DNA from: Heptranchias perlo
Taxonomy: Eukaryota
Direction: 5' to 3'
Length of the DNA: 64,000 nucleotides
NCBI RefSeq assembly: GCF_035084215.1
Contig: NC_090369.1
Location: forward strand, 1,550,001 to 1,614,000
In this document: piece after piece, positions 26,005 to 37,895 of the stretch
Layout of the letters: every line of letters begins with the position of its first letter
Numbering within the stretch: the stretch's first letter is position 1
Program-made: the position numbers and the translations under genes
Notes under the pieces: generated by a model
What the model was told of the DNA's origin: nothing
Seen by the model: only the letters and a program-made list of their open reading frames with translations
Databases searched by the model: none

Positions 26005-26257
26005 GTTGACTTCCTAAACCCCAACTCCTATGTAAACATCATCATCGGCGTCTCCACCTTCCTGTCCTTCTACGGATACCTGCTCTTCTACAAGGCGACA
26101 AAGAACTCGCTGCAAGGCTACGGGCTCCAGGAGAAGTTCATCTGCATCATCGTGGTTCTGGTGCTGTTTGGACTGCAGAGCGGAATCCTAGAGACCATGA
26201 GCGCGCTCGGAGCCATCCCCTGCTTCCCGCCGTTCTCCGTCGACATGCGTTCTCAGA
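26005..26257 (+). CDS. OSTalpha/SLC51A-like exon 6
   Basis: Boundaries ttccag|GTT..CAG A|gtaagt. Encodes VDFLNPNSYVNIIIGVSTFLSFYG...KFICIIVVLVLFGLQSGIL...IPCFPPFS. Confidence 0.92.
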
Positions 26258-26499
26258 GTAAGTCAGCGGTCGCTTTGGCGTTCACAGGAAACCCAGGTGA
26301 GGCGTGCCAAGCTTCCTCACCCAACCTGGCCCCATAGAACGGGGCACTACCTTGGTTGGAAAGAGAAGGTGGCAGAAGATGAGGTGTCATTAAGCTTGAA
26401 AGTCTCTAGATTGCAGGAGAAGGGGAAGAACGAGGGAGGTAAGAAATGTTTCGTGGTTGGAAGCTCCAGGCCGAAGATGGATCACATGTAAAAACTCTA

Positions 26500-26965
26500 T
26501 TGCCCGGATCCTAACTCGCACCAGGTCCCGTTCACCCATCACCCCCTGTGCTCGCTGATCTACATTGGCTCCCAGTCCGTCAATGCCCAATTTTAAAATC
26601 CCTCATCCTTGTTTTCTAATCCCTCCACGGCCCTCGCCCCCCTCCCTATCTCAGTAACCTCCTCCAGCCCCTACAACCCTCCCAGATCTCTGCGCTCCTC
26701 CAATTCCGGCCTCTTGTCCATCCCCTGATTCCCATCGCTCCGCCATTGGCGGCCGTGCCTTCAGCCGCCTCGGCCCGAAGCTCTGGAATTCCCTCCCTAA
26801 ACCTCTCCAATTTTTTCTCTGCCTTTAAGACGCTCCTTAAAACCTCCCTCTCGTCACCTGTCCTAATATCTCCTTATGTGGCTCAGTGTCGGATTTTGTC
26901 TGATAGCACTCCTGTGAAGCGCCTCGGGACGTTTTACTACGTTAAAGGCGCTGGATAAATACAAG
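26500..26965 (+). mobile_element. L2-like LINE 3' end
   Basis: Encodes an SPITPVLADLHWLPV motif followed by the shared 3' end. Confidence 0.8.
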
Positions 26966-27735
26966 TTGCTGTCAGATGGCCAGTTTTATTTTGTAATCCT
27001 GTCAGGAAGGTGAGAGTTGGTAATGGAGCCTCTCCAGCTGGGAGCTAAGGATATAAAGACTTGCATTTATACAGCGAGTTACTTTGAAGTGCAGTCACTG
27101 TCGTTATGTGGGGTAACGTCACAAGCGTTTTTGCAAACATGAACGAGCAGTGTCGGCCGAGGGGGGAATGTTGGCTTCCTGCTCTTCTTCCAATCGGGCC
27201 GTGGGACCTTTAACCTCCACCGTCCTTACCCAGTCTGGCCTATACCAAGGTGGTTGACTCTTAGCTGCCCTCTGAAGTGGTCCAGCGAGCCACTCCATCG
27301 TATCAAACTGCCTCAAGGAAAAACAGTGGCTCAAGAAGGCGGCCCACCACCGCCTTCTCGGGGCATCTAGGGACGGGCAATAAATACCAGCCCTGCCAGC
27401 GACGTCCACATCCCAAGAATGAATAAAGAAAACTAAGACAGGGCCTCATTCATAAGGCAGCACCTCTGACAATGTTGCACTCCCTCGGTGCTGCACTAGA
27501 GTGTCAGCCCAGATTATGTTGCTCCAGCCCTCAAACCCACAACCAAATGAATCAGAAGAGCGATACTGACTGAGCCAAGCTGGCACAGTCAGGGTTGGGT
27601 CGGGTCGAGGTGGGGTTGGGTCAAGGCCACGATAGAGTGGACTGTACACGGTCTGTGCATCGACTTGATGAGCCAAATGGCCTTATCTTGTTCCCCGCTT
27701 CCTCCTGTAACGCCCTGCTGCTGTGTCTCTTGCAG

Positions 27736-28208
27736 TAATTTTCCATTACGCAGTAATCGTCGAGATGTTCTTCATCAGCATGTTGGCCCGCTACTGCTTC
27801 AGGAAGGTGGAGCCCTGCAATAACCTGGCCGACGATCAGCCCAGGCCCAAGTCGCACAAGTCCGTGCAGACGGACGAAGCCGAGTTCAACAGCAACGACT
27901 GTGGCTTCGTCGACCCGGAGGAGTTCGCGTTGGGATTGAGCCCGGGTTACAACAGTGACACAGAAGACACCCTGTGCAGGATCGAACACGCCCCCTTGGA
28001 TAGGTTCGACTTCAAGACGGCTAAGAAACTGCTGGCGGACAGCAGGTTTGTCTCCGTGCACCTCAATGAGCAGAAAGATACGAGGGAGCCGAGTACCATT
28101 TGCAACGTATCCCCAGTTCAAGACTCTGTATCAGTTGAAATGGACACTGTGCAGGTGAGGGCACAGATTAACTACCGGGATCCCAGTAAGGACGTGACTA
28201 TGGTCTGA
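27736..28208 (+). CDS. OSTalpha/SLC51A-like terminal exon 7 (spliced CDS 1290 nt, 429 aa)
   Basis: Acceptor ttgcag|TA. Encodes IFHYAVIVEMFFISMLARYCFRK, a long tail and a TGA stop. AATAAA signals follow at 28360, 28622 and 28712. Confidence 0.9.
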
Positions 28209-28949
28209 AGCTTCTGCTCCCTGTAACGGTCATTTACCCCAATGATAAATTCGAAGCTTTTAACATCTACCTATGTATATAAAAGACTGGAGTCTATTAT
28301 GCATCTGAGACACTCGGGCATCACGCTGCGTTACAGATGCTTAAACAGTTTAAGGGAGAAATAAAGCTGGGTTTTTCACCCTGGGGATTCTTTTGAGCTG
28401 CAATCCACTCTAATTGACCTGGGCAATGTACAAGCAGCTACCAATGCCCGGTTTCCTAGAAAGTACTTTGAGCATTGTCTTTAAAAGGGACAGGTCAGTT
28501 TAGAAGCTCAAACATCAGAACCGTGAGCAATGCCACGGGTCACCCACACGTTTTTAAGTGGAATGCTCAATCAACAAAGAGCACATGAGTTTCCTTCCAT
28601 AGACCCTGGGGACTGAAGGAAAATAAAACATTTTTACACACTTTTTTTTTCTTTTTAGATTTCAGTAGGAAGGTTTTGTGCAGCGTGACTTTATTTATTT
28701 ATTTCTGAGTGAATAAATAGTCAGGCTGCACTTGAGTAAGGTGGACTGGCAAATGGTGTTTCATGTACTAAAGGTCATGTTTAATTTACTAACATTATTC
28801 CTGTCCGTAGGAACATAGGGACAGGAGTAGGCCATTCAGCCCCTCGAGCCTGTTCCGCCATTCAATCAGATCATGGCTAATTGGTACCTCAATTCCATTT
28901 ACCCTCCATAATCCCTTGATACCCTTACAAAACTAGTTAGATAGTTACT

Positions 28950-29490
28950 TAGGCCACTACTTGAGTATTGCATACAGTTCTGGTCACCACATTACAGCAA
29001 GCATGTGATTGCACTGGAGAGGGTACAGAGATTTACGAGGGTGTTGCCAGGACTGGAGAATTTTAGCTGTGAGGAAAGATTGGATAGGCTGGGGTTATTC
29101 TGTTTGGAACAAAGGAGGCTGAGGGGAGATTTAATTGAGGTGTATAAAATTATGAGGGGCCTAGATAGAATAGATAGGAAGGACCTATTTCCCTTAGCAG
29201 AGAGGTCAATAACCAGGGGGCATAGATTTAAAGTGATTGGTAGAAGGATTAGAGGGGAGCTGAGGAGAATGTTTTTCACCCAGAGGGTGGTGGGGGTCTG
29301 GAACTCACTGCCTGAAAGGGTGGTAGAGGCAGAAACCCTCAACTCATTTAAAAAGTACCTGGATGTGCACCTGAAGTGCCGTATCCTACAGGGCTACAGA
29401 CCAAGTGCTGGAAAGTGGGATTAGGCTGGATGGCTCATTCTCGGCCAGCACGGACACGATGGGCTGAATGGCCTCCTTCTGTGCCGTAAA
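28950..29490 (+). mobile_element. CR1 LINE 3' fragment
   Basis: Encodes IALERVQRFTRVLPGL...RRLRGDLIEVYKIMRG...WNSLP. Confidence 0.9.
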
Positions 29491-30849
29491 TTTTCTCATG
29501 AAAACAAAAATCCATCGATCTGAGTCTTCAAAATTCCAATTGACCCAGCATCCACAGACTACTGGGGCAAGAGAGTTCCAGATTTCCACCAGCCTTTGCG
29601 TGAAAACATGCTTCCTGATTTCACTCCTGAGCGGTCTGCTCGAGGGGTCTTTTGAACATTCTGGCTCCTAACAATAATGGAGATTGGTATTGGGTTTGGG
29701 TTTGTGACTCTACTGAATAAACTACTTGTTTTATTAAACGGCACTGGTGAGTGATCTGAATTTGTCACCCAATTAGGACACGCACTGTCTGCCAGCTTAT
29801 AGTAATCTTGCTATTCACAGGCCAGAACCTAAGTCGCATCGCCTCCCAGCTTCTAGCGCCCCTCCTGGCTTCCCAGCTTTTGGATCCGTGCAATCCTGCT
29901 CTGTGTCCCAAACTTTTATCTCTCCTACACAGCAATAATTAATGCAATTAGAATTCAGGGAGCCAACAGTAATCTTTCCAATGATATCAGTGTGCATCTC
30001 TTATAGTCTTGAATCTATGTGAATGTGCACCAGTGATATGTTGTAGAATGCCTTCGACAATCAGACTACTGAAGCAGAGGACTATTATCTCTTCAATGCT
30101 ATCAAAATACATTGAGCTTTGCTGTTTCTGCCGGCAGTCTTCCCTCAGATGGTCATTGCTGACACTTTCCACTTCCAAATTTGTATATCAATTTCAAAGT
30201 ATGAATCCTTGATTCATCAGCATTGCTATGGGAATTCCAGTACAGTGTGTATATATATGTTTGTGAGATATATAATCTGATCGTAGGCAGAGTCAAGACC
30301 TAGTACTGTCTTAAGGTGAAGGAAAGATAGAGGGTAGAGCATAGTTGGGCTATGCTGTGCAGACATAATTCAGTCCCCATACATTCTGTCCTTAATTTTT
30401 AAACTGATTTTATCCAATTTTTTATATAGTTGAATAGATAAACTTGACGTCAATTTGAGAAGCGGAGAAGTCGAGTTGTTTGGAGCACAGGAGATGCTCT
30501 GCAGAACAGGCAGGGGAGTCAGGAGACGGCAAACTGAGGCACCACAGCGTCACCATTGGCTGCAGAGTGTAATTACAGTGTGACATGTTTACATAGGAAA
30601 TTTCCATTATAACCGTGGACTTGGGAGTTTACAGTGGGGAAAAAAGTTGGTAGGAAGATTCTAAATATAATGTAGATTATATGGAAAATTGCAGGTGGCT
30701 CTACTCAGTTAATTGAAACACTGCGGTGAGAGAGAGAAAGAATCCCTCAATTCAGTTTAAAATAGCCTTCAAAGTTCATTTTAAAAATAAATGCAGTTCA
30801 AACAGGTTTGTTTTGCAGTGTTATGCCCCCTTAGCCAAGGCAAATATCA

Positions 30850-31502
30850 GCTTTTAATATTAACAGTATATTTACAATTCCTATTACATTTCTTATTAAC
30901 CATTTAACAAGTTATCTAGTGACAATTCCTATTAAATTGTTTAATCGTTAATAAGAAATGTAATAGTAATTGTCACTAACTAGATAAATTGTTAATAAGA
31001 AATGTAATAGGAATAATCACTAACTCAATAACTTGTTTAATAGTTAAATAAGAAATGTATCTAGTTGGTGACAATTCCTATTACAATCCTTATTAACTAT
31101 TAAACAATTTATCTAGTTGGTGACAATTCATATTACAGTCCTTATTAACTATTATACAATATATCTAGTTAGTGACAATTCCTATTACAGTCCTTATTAA
31201 CTATTAAACAATGTATCTAGTTGGTGACAATTCCTATTACAGTCCTTATTAACTATTAAACAATTTATCTAGTTGGTGACAATCCCTATTACAGTCCTTA
31301 TTAACTATTATACAATTTATCTAGTTGGTGACAATTCCTATTACAGTCCTTATTAACTAGTAAACAATTTATCTAGTTGGTGACAATTCCTATTACAGTC
31401 CTTATTAACTATTATACAATTTATCTAGTTGGTGACAATTCCTATTACAGTCCTTATTAACTAGTAAACAATTTATCTAGTTGGTGACAATTCCTATTAC
31501 AT
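30850..31502. repeat. AT-rich 51-bp minisatellite (CTAGTTGGTGACAATTCCTATTACAGTCCTTATTAACTATTAAACAATTTAT-like) with some inverted copies
   Basis: About 9 direct copies at 31058-31502 and inverted or degenerate copies at 30870-31058. Confidence 0.9.
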
Positions 31503-31599
31503 TTCAACTTTCAGCGCAGGGAATTTTCCCCCCTCCTTTTTTAAGCCCCCTTAAAAAGAGGGGGGGGGGTTAGGGCGTCACTTTCATGAGAAAAAACCC

Positions 31600-32260
31600 T
31601 CAAACCCGAAGCCAGAGTCGGGTAATAACTTCACTGCAGCGCGGACGACCCTCACAAGGACCACCAGCATTCCTACCTGCGCGGCGTTAAGGCGGAGGCC
31701 CCGCTGAGAGTCCGTAACCAAGGCCTCGCTCCTCTTGGCAACGGGAGTCACGTGAGGAGAAATGCTGGGCTCCCGGCCCGCGCCTCGCCTCGCCACGTGA
31801 CCGGAGCCACTTCCGCCAATGGGAGGGGAGGCACGTGACTGGGGCGGTCGGTGGGGGGGTGGGTGAAGAGAGAGAACGCTCGCTTGTCAGCGGGAGCGGC
31901 CGCTATGTTCGGGGAGAGAGAGAGAGAGAGAGAGTTCGTTGTCGGTGAGATCGGCCTAAGTCTGTAAGAAATGGTGAGTTTATCGATTTTCCTTCTGTAA
32001 ATCGGTGGCGGTTGTGTTTTTTTTTATTGTTGTTGAGCTGAGGGAGCTGGCCGCTCGAGCGGCGGCGGCCGTCACGTGACATTGGGTGAGCGGGGTGGGG
32101 CCCCCTCCGCTGTTGATGGACGTGCGGCTTCGACCAATCGGCCGCCCACCGCTCCCCTAGCAACGGGGCACGCTGGCGCTTCTGGGGGCCAATCAGCAAG
32201 CGCGGGGGGCGGGACATGCGGACCGGAGCCCGGAAGGGAGGGGGAGGAATGAGGAAGTGC
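31600..32260. promoter_or_regulatory. CpG-island promoter of WDR13 with four CACGTG E-boxes, CCAAT boxes, and ETS and GC boxes
   Basis: High CpG density. GTCACGTGAG at 31747, GCCACGTGAC at 31792, GGCACGTGAC at 31830, GTCACGTGAC at 32071; CCAAT at 31816, 32134 and 32189. Confidence 0.8.
31880..31973 (+). other. WDR13: Probable WDR13 5' leader exon (start approximate)
   Basis: Consensus donor ATG|gtgagt inside the CpG island, upstream of the acceptor at 34442. Confidence 0.65.
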
Positions 32261-32631
32261 TTTTGTTTCATCGACCACCCTTTCCCTTAATGGCTGTCTT
32301 GGAGGAACTGGTTGGTTCTGACTGAAACCTGCCATTTTGCAATTAATTAACGTCTGTGCATTTGGTCTGTGTGAACAATATGCTTTTAAAATGCCGTTAA
32401 TATTTAACATACTTTCAATGCACATTCTAAAATCAGCCAGCAATGTTTAAATTGCCACGTCTGACTTGCCTTGAATCCCCTGGCTAGCATTGGATTGGCC
32501 TTTCTGCACCAGCTGATGGCATTGGTTGCTGACTGTGCTATAAATTTGAAAGGCTTTATTGATTGCCCCTTTTTTATTTAAACTGTCAAGTGAAGAAATG
32601 GTTCTTAGGAGTTGCCTGGATGAGTTTTTAT

Positions 32632-33404
32632 TTTATTCGTTCCATGGGATGCGGGCGTCGCTGGCGAGGCCGGCATTTATCGCCTGTCCCTAATTGCTCC
32701 TTGAGAAGGTGGTGGTGAGCCGCCGCCTTGAACCGCTGCAGTCTGTGTGGTGAAGGTTCTCCCACAGTGCTGTTAGGAAGGGAGTTCCAGGATTTTGACC
32801 CAGCGACGATGAAGGAACGGCCGATATATTTCCAAGTCGGGATGGTGTGTGACTCGGAGGGGAACGTGCAGGTGGTGGTGTTCCCATGTACCTGCTGCTC
32901 TTGTCCTTCTAGGTGGTAGAGGTCGCGGGTTTGGGAGGTGCTGTCGAAGAATCCTTGGCGAGTTGCTGCAGTGCATCCTGTGGATGGTACACACTGCAGC
33001 CACGGTGCGCCGGTGGTGAAGGGAGTGAATGTTTAGGGTGGTGGATGGGGTGCCAATCAAGCGGGCTGCTTTGTCCTGGATGGTGTCGAGCTTCTTGAGT
33101 GTTGTTGGAGCTGCACTCATCCAGGCAAGTGGAGAGTATCCCATCACACTCCTGACTTGTGCCTTGTAGATGGTGGAAAGGCTTTGGGGAGTCAGGAGGT
33201 GAGTCACTCGCCGCAGAATACCCACCCTCTGACCTGCTCTTGTAGCCACAGTATTTATGTGGCTGGTCCAGTTAAGTTTCTGGTCAATGGTGACCCCCAG
33301 GATGTTGATGGTTGGGTATTCGGCGATGGTAATGCCGTTGAATGTCAAGGGGAGGTGGTTAGACTCTCTCTTGTTGGAGATGGTCATTGCCTGGCACTTG
33401 TCTG
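32632..33404 (-). mobile_element. CR1-group LINE 3' portion (RT C-terminus)
   Basis: The 204-aa ORF contains ILGVTIDQKLNWTSHI...IYKAQVRSVMGYSPLAW. Confidence 0.9.
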
Positions 33405-34090
33405 GAGTGCAGCTCCAACAACACTCAAGAAGCTCGACACCATCCAGGACAAAGCAGCCCGCTTGATTGGCACCCCATCCACCACCCTAAACATTCACTC
33501 CCTTCACCACCGGCGCACTGTGTACCATCCACAGGATGCACTGTAGCAACTCGCCAAGGCTTCTTCGACAGCACCTCCCAAACCCGCGACCTCTACCACC
33601 TAGAAGGACAAGATGTGGGGTTGACAATTGTAAACAATTTTACAACACCAAGTTATAGTCCAACAAATTTATTTTTAATTCCACAAGCTTTCGGAGGCTT
33701 CCTCCTTCGTCAGGTGATCATACCGTTCACCTGACGAAGGAGGAAGACTCCGAAAGCTTGTGGAATTAAAAATAAATTTGTTGGACTGTAACTTGGTGTT
33801 GTAGAAGGACAAGGGCAGCAGGCACATGGGAACAACACCACCTGCACGTTCCCCTCCAAGACACACACCATCCCGACTTGGAAATATATCGACCGTTCCT
33901 TCATCGTCGCTGGGTCAAAATCCTGGAACTCCCTCCCTAACAGCACTGTGGGAGAACCTTCACCACATGGACTGCAGCGGTTCAAGAAGGCGGCTCACCA
34001 CCACCTTCTCGAGGGGCAATTAGGGATGGGCAATAAATGCCGGCCTTGCCAACGACGCCCACATCCCATGAACGAATAATAAAAAAAAAA
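33405..34090 (+). mobile_element. Second copy of the same LINE 3' end, in opposite orientation, with an A-rich tail and an internal insertion
   Basis: Reverse complement of 32640-33118, interrupted at 33613-33801. Confidence 0.88.
33613..33801. mobile_element. Penelope-like-element-derived palindromic insertion with minimal hammerhead motifs
   Basis: 77-bp inverted arms; flanking 12-bp direct repeat TAGAAGGACAAG; CTGACGA-stem-GAAA core in each arm. Confidence 0.75.
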
Positions 34091-34501
34091 GTTGGAGAGA
34101 CCTTAATGGTTTTCAAAAGTACACCTAGTCCTTCGGGAGGTTTGAGCACCTCACTGGGTCGGGCCCACTGCTTGGCGTTAGGATTTTTAAAAAAAAGCAG
34201 GCTGTGCCCCTCACGGCTCTGCAGGTAATTGTACGGCCTGGCGTGTGTGGGAACTGAAAGCTCTCGGGGGGGTTTGATCCCTAATCTGGGCTGATTTGGC
34301 TGTTCTCAGCTGCTCGGACACTGCAGTCAGCCTCGGTATCCGCTCCCACCCCCCTCCCTGTAAATTGTAATAAATGAACGGCCGCTTCCAACTTTCCGCC
34401 ATTGTGTGATTGTCTGTTTTTCTTTCTCTCCTCTGTTGTAGAGGGGAGTGTGCCACTGCTTGTATCCCAGAACCCCCTGAAGATTTCCCAGTGCCTCTGT
34501 G

Positions 34502-34542
34502 ATGGCAGCTGTCTGGCAGCAGGTGTTAGCTGTTGATGCCAG
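34502..34542 (+). CDS. WDR13: WDR13 first coding exon (exon spans 34442-34542)
   Basis: Encodes MAAVWQQVLAVDA(R), the recalled WDR13 N-terminus; donor AG|gtaagc. Confidence 0.95.
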
Positions 34543-35287
34543 GTAAGCTTTGGGTAAATCGCAGGAGGGGCGGTTGGGGAATAAGGGATGTTGATTCTTC
34601 TGCATCGAATTCGATCAACAGGCCTGGGCTAAACACTGTGCGCCGATTGGCCATTCTCTTCCCTCCAGCCTCCAATCCCTCCGCTTCACTCTGTCACTGT
34701 TCCTCTGACCGTCTTTTTCCCCCCCCCCCTCTCGCTCCACCTCCTCCTAACCTCCACATACCCTGATCCTGCACCATTGCGTCCTGCCCGTCCACTAGAG
34801 ACTGCCTGTGCATCGGGTGGATGTTGACGATCCCACGGCACGAATGGACGAGCCGGGATTCGTCCTGATATCCTGAGGCAGCATTCCTCCCTCAACCACC
34901 AATACGTTAACTGCTGGTGGGACGGTATCATGGTGTGCCTACATAATGACAGTCGCTGGACTCCAAGGTAATTCATTGTACGTGAAACACTTTGGGGCAC
35001 CTCCCCTGTGATAACGTACTGTGTAATTGCGCGTACCTCTACCACCTTAGGAACAGGGGGAGGCCATTTAGCCCCTCGAGCCTGACCTTGAGCTGTCTCA
35101 CCTCTGAGTCAGAAGGATGTGCTTCTGATCTGATTTTGAGTGGAAAATGGCTGACAGCAGTCCCTGCACTTTCAGAGCAATGCACTGAATGTGAAACCCT
35201 TTGTGAGACTTGTAATGACTTGCTGCATAACCGAAAGCCTTCCTTTTAATGCACTTGTTTTTTTGAAGTGAGGGATAATGAGATTCA

Positions 35288-35582
35288 GTTAAATCAGGGC
35301 TGATCTGTACCTCCATTTTACCCGCCTTTGCTCCATATTCCTCACCCAACAAAAATCTATCAATCTCTGTCTTGAAAGCTTCAGTTGATCCCCAGTCTCA
35401 ACAGCTTTTTGGGGGAAGAGAGTTCCAGATTCCCACTCCCCTTTGTGTGAAGAAATGCTTCCAGGTATCACCCCTGAACGGCCTGGCACTAATTTTAAGG
35501 TTCTGCCCCCTTGTTCTGGACTCCCCCCACCAGAGGAAATAGTTTCTCTCTATCGACCCAATCGAATCCTTTTATCATTGTA
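35288..35582 (-). mobile_element. CR1 LINE 3' fragment
   Basis: Reverse complement of 18070-18365. Confidence 0.8.
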
Positions 35583-36117
35583 AACGCATTTTAAACCTTC
35601 CTCCTTCTGCACCCACTGCCCCCGCCCGCTCACTGTGTTGAAATGGAGACTGATGGACAGTCTGCTACTCTAACTCATTTTTTCTCAGGACCTAAACACT
35701 GTGGGACATCTCGCCTCCCTCAGTCTCCCCTTCCTTCTTACAGCCTGCAGCGTCTGCCTCGGTGCAGTTGGGAGCTGTCTCACCACTGAGTCAGAAGGAT
35801 GTGCATCTGATCTGATCTGATTTTGAGTGGAAAATGGCTGACAGCAGTCCCTGCACTTTCAGAGCAATGCACTGTATGTGAAACCCTTCTTGAGAGATAT
35901 AATGACTTGCTGCATAACCGAAAGCCTTCCTTTTAATGCACTTGTTTTTTTTTAAAGTGAGGGATAATGAGATTCCGAACAGATGGCCACATGATTTGGG
36001 CAAATTAGGTCTCGTCATACAATTACCTCAAAGCACTTCACAAAATGAATTACTTGCGATGCAGCGACTGTTGGTGTACAGCTGTTGTATAGATTCTGAT
36101 ATAGACTGTTGTCAGCT

Positions 36118-36370
36118 GCGGCCCCGAGGGAGCGCTGCCCCGTCGGAGGGGCGGCCCCGAGGGAGCGCGGCCCCGAGGGAGCGCTGCCCCGTCGGAGGGG
36201 CGGCCCCGAGGGAGCGCTGCCCCGTCGGAGGGGCGGCCCCGAGGGAGCGCTGCCCCGTCGGAGGGCGGCCCCGAGGGAGCGCTGCCCCGTCGGAGGGGCG
36301 GCCCCGAGGGAGCGCTGCCCCGTCGGAGGGGCGGCCCCGAGGGAGCGCTGCCCCGTCGGAGGGGCGGCCC
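36118..36370. repeat. About 33-bp GC-rich minisatellite (GCCCCGAGGGAGCGCTGCCCCGTCGGAGGGGCG)
   Basis: Visible, about 8 copies; resembles an internal SINE segment. Confidence 0.92.
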
Positions 36371-36526
36371 CCGCCCTGTGTACTGTACCGAGAGTGTGGG
36401 CCTGGATTGTCTGTTCAAACAGACAATTTGTGTGCAGTGAGCAATAGGCTCACCTCCATTTTAAGCACAGAAATGATCGGCAGTTCCCCTGACAGGTTTA
36501 CTTCAATTTGAAGAGAATATTTAGTC

Positions 36527-37605
<1,079 letters not shown>

Positions 37606-37814
37606 TAAATGCAAGATCCGGCAAGGCTGCCATGGTCGAATAGCTTATCTCACTGCCTAGGCTCACACAGGAGACACGCCCAGCGAGTGTCGGCTCCTTC
37701 AGGAGAGGGAAGGGGAGGGTAGGGGGGGGGAATTCGTGCTCTGACGTTCTTTTTTATTTGTTTATCTTCTTCCCCTCCGAACAGCTTCGATTAATTTTTA
37801 TCCCCTCCTTTCAG

Positions 37815-37850
37815 GACCCCGCACGCACCGTTCCGTGGCTGAACGGGCGG
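37815..37850 (+). CDS. Candidate 36-nt in-frame cassette exon of WDR13 (DPARTVPWLNGR)
   Basis: Long pyrimidine tract with tttcag acceptor, CGG|gtaagt donor, phase 0-0, no stop codon. Confidence 0.5.
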
Positions 37851-37895
37851 GTAAGTGACCTGAGGTCTCCGGCAATGGCGTGTTTGAGGTGTTTA

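Noticed and set aside
30280-30372. H/ACA snoRNA candidate (hairpin AGCATAG-TTGGG-CTATGCT followed by ACA)
   Set aside because: No proper ANANNA H box, a weak first hairpin, and no host intron on that strand.
35090-35975. Direct duplication of about 200 bp (35090-35288 and 35775-35975) as LTRs
   Set aside because: It looks like a degenerate tRNA-SINE-derived segment duplicated locally; no TG..CA ends, primer-binding site or internal retroviral sequence.
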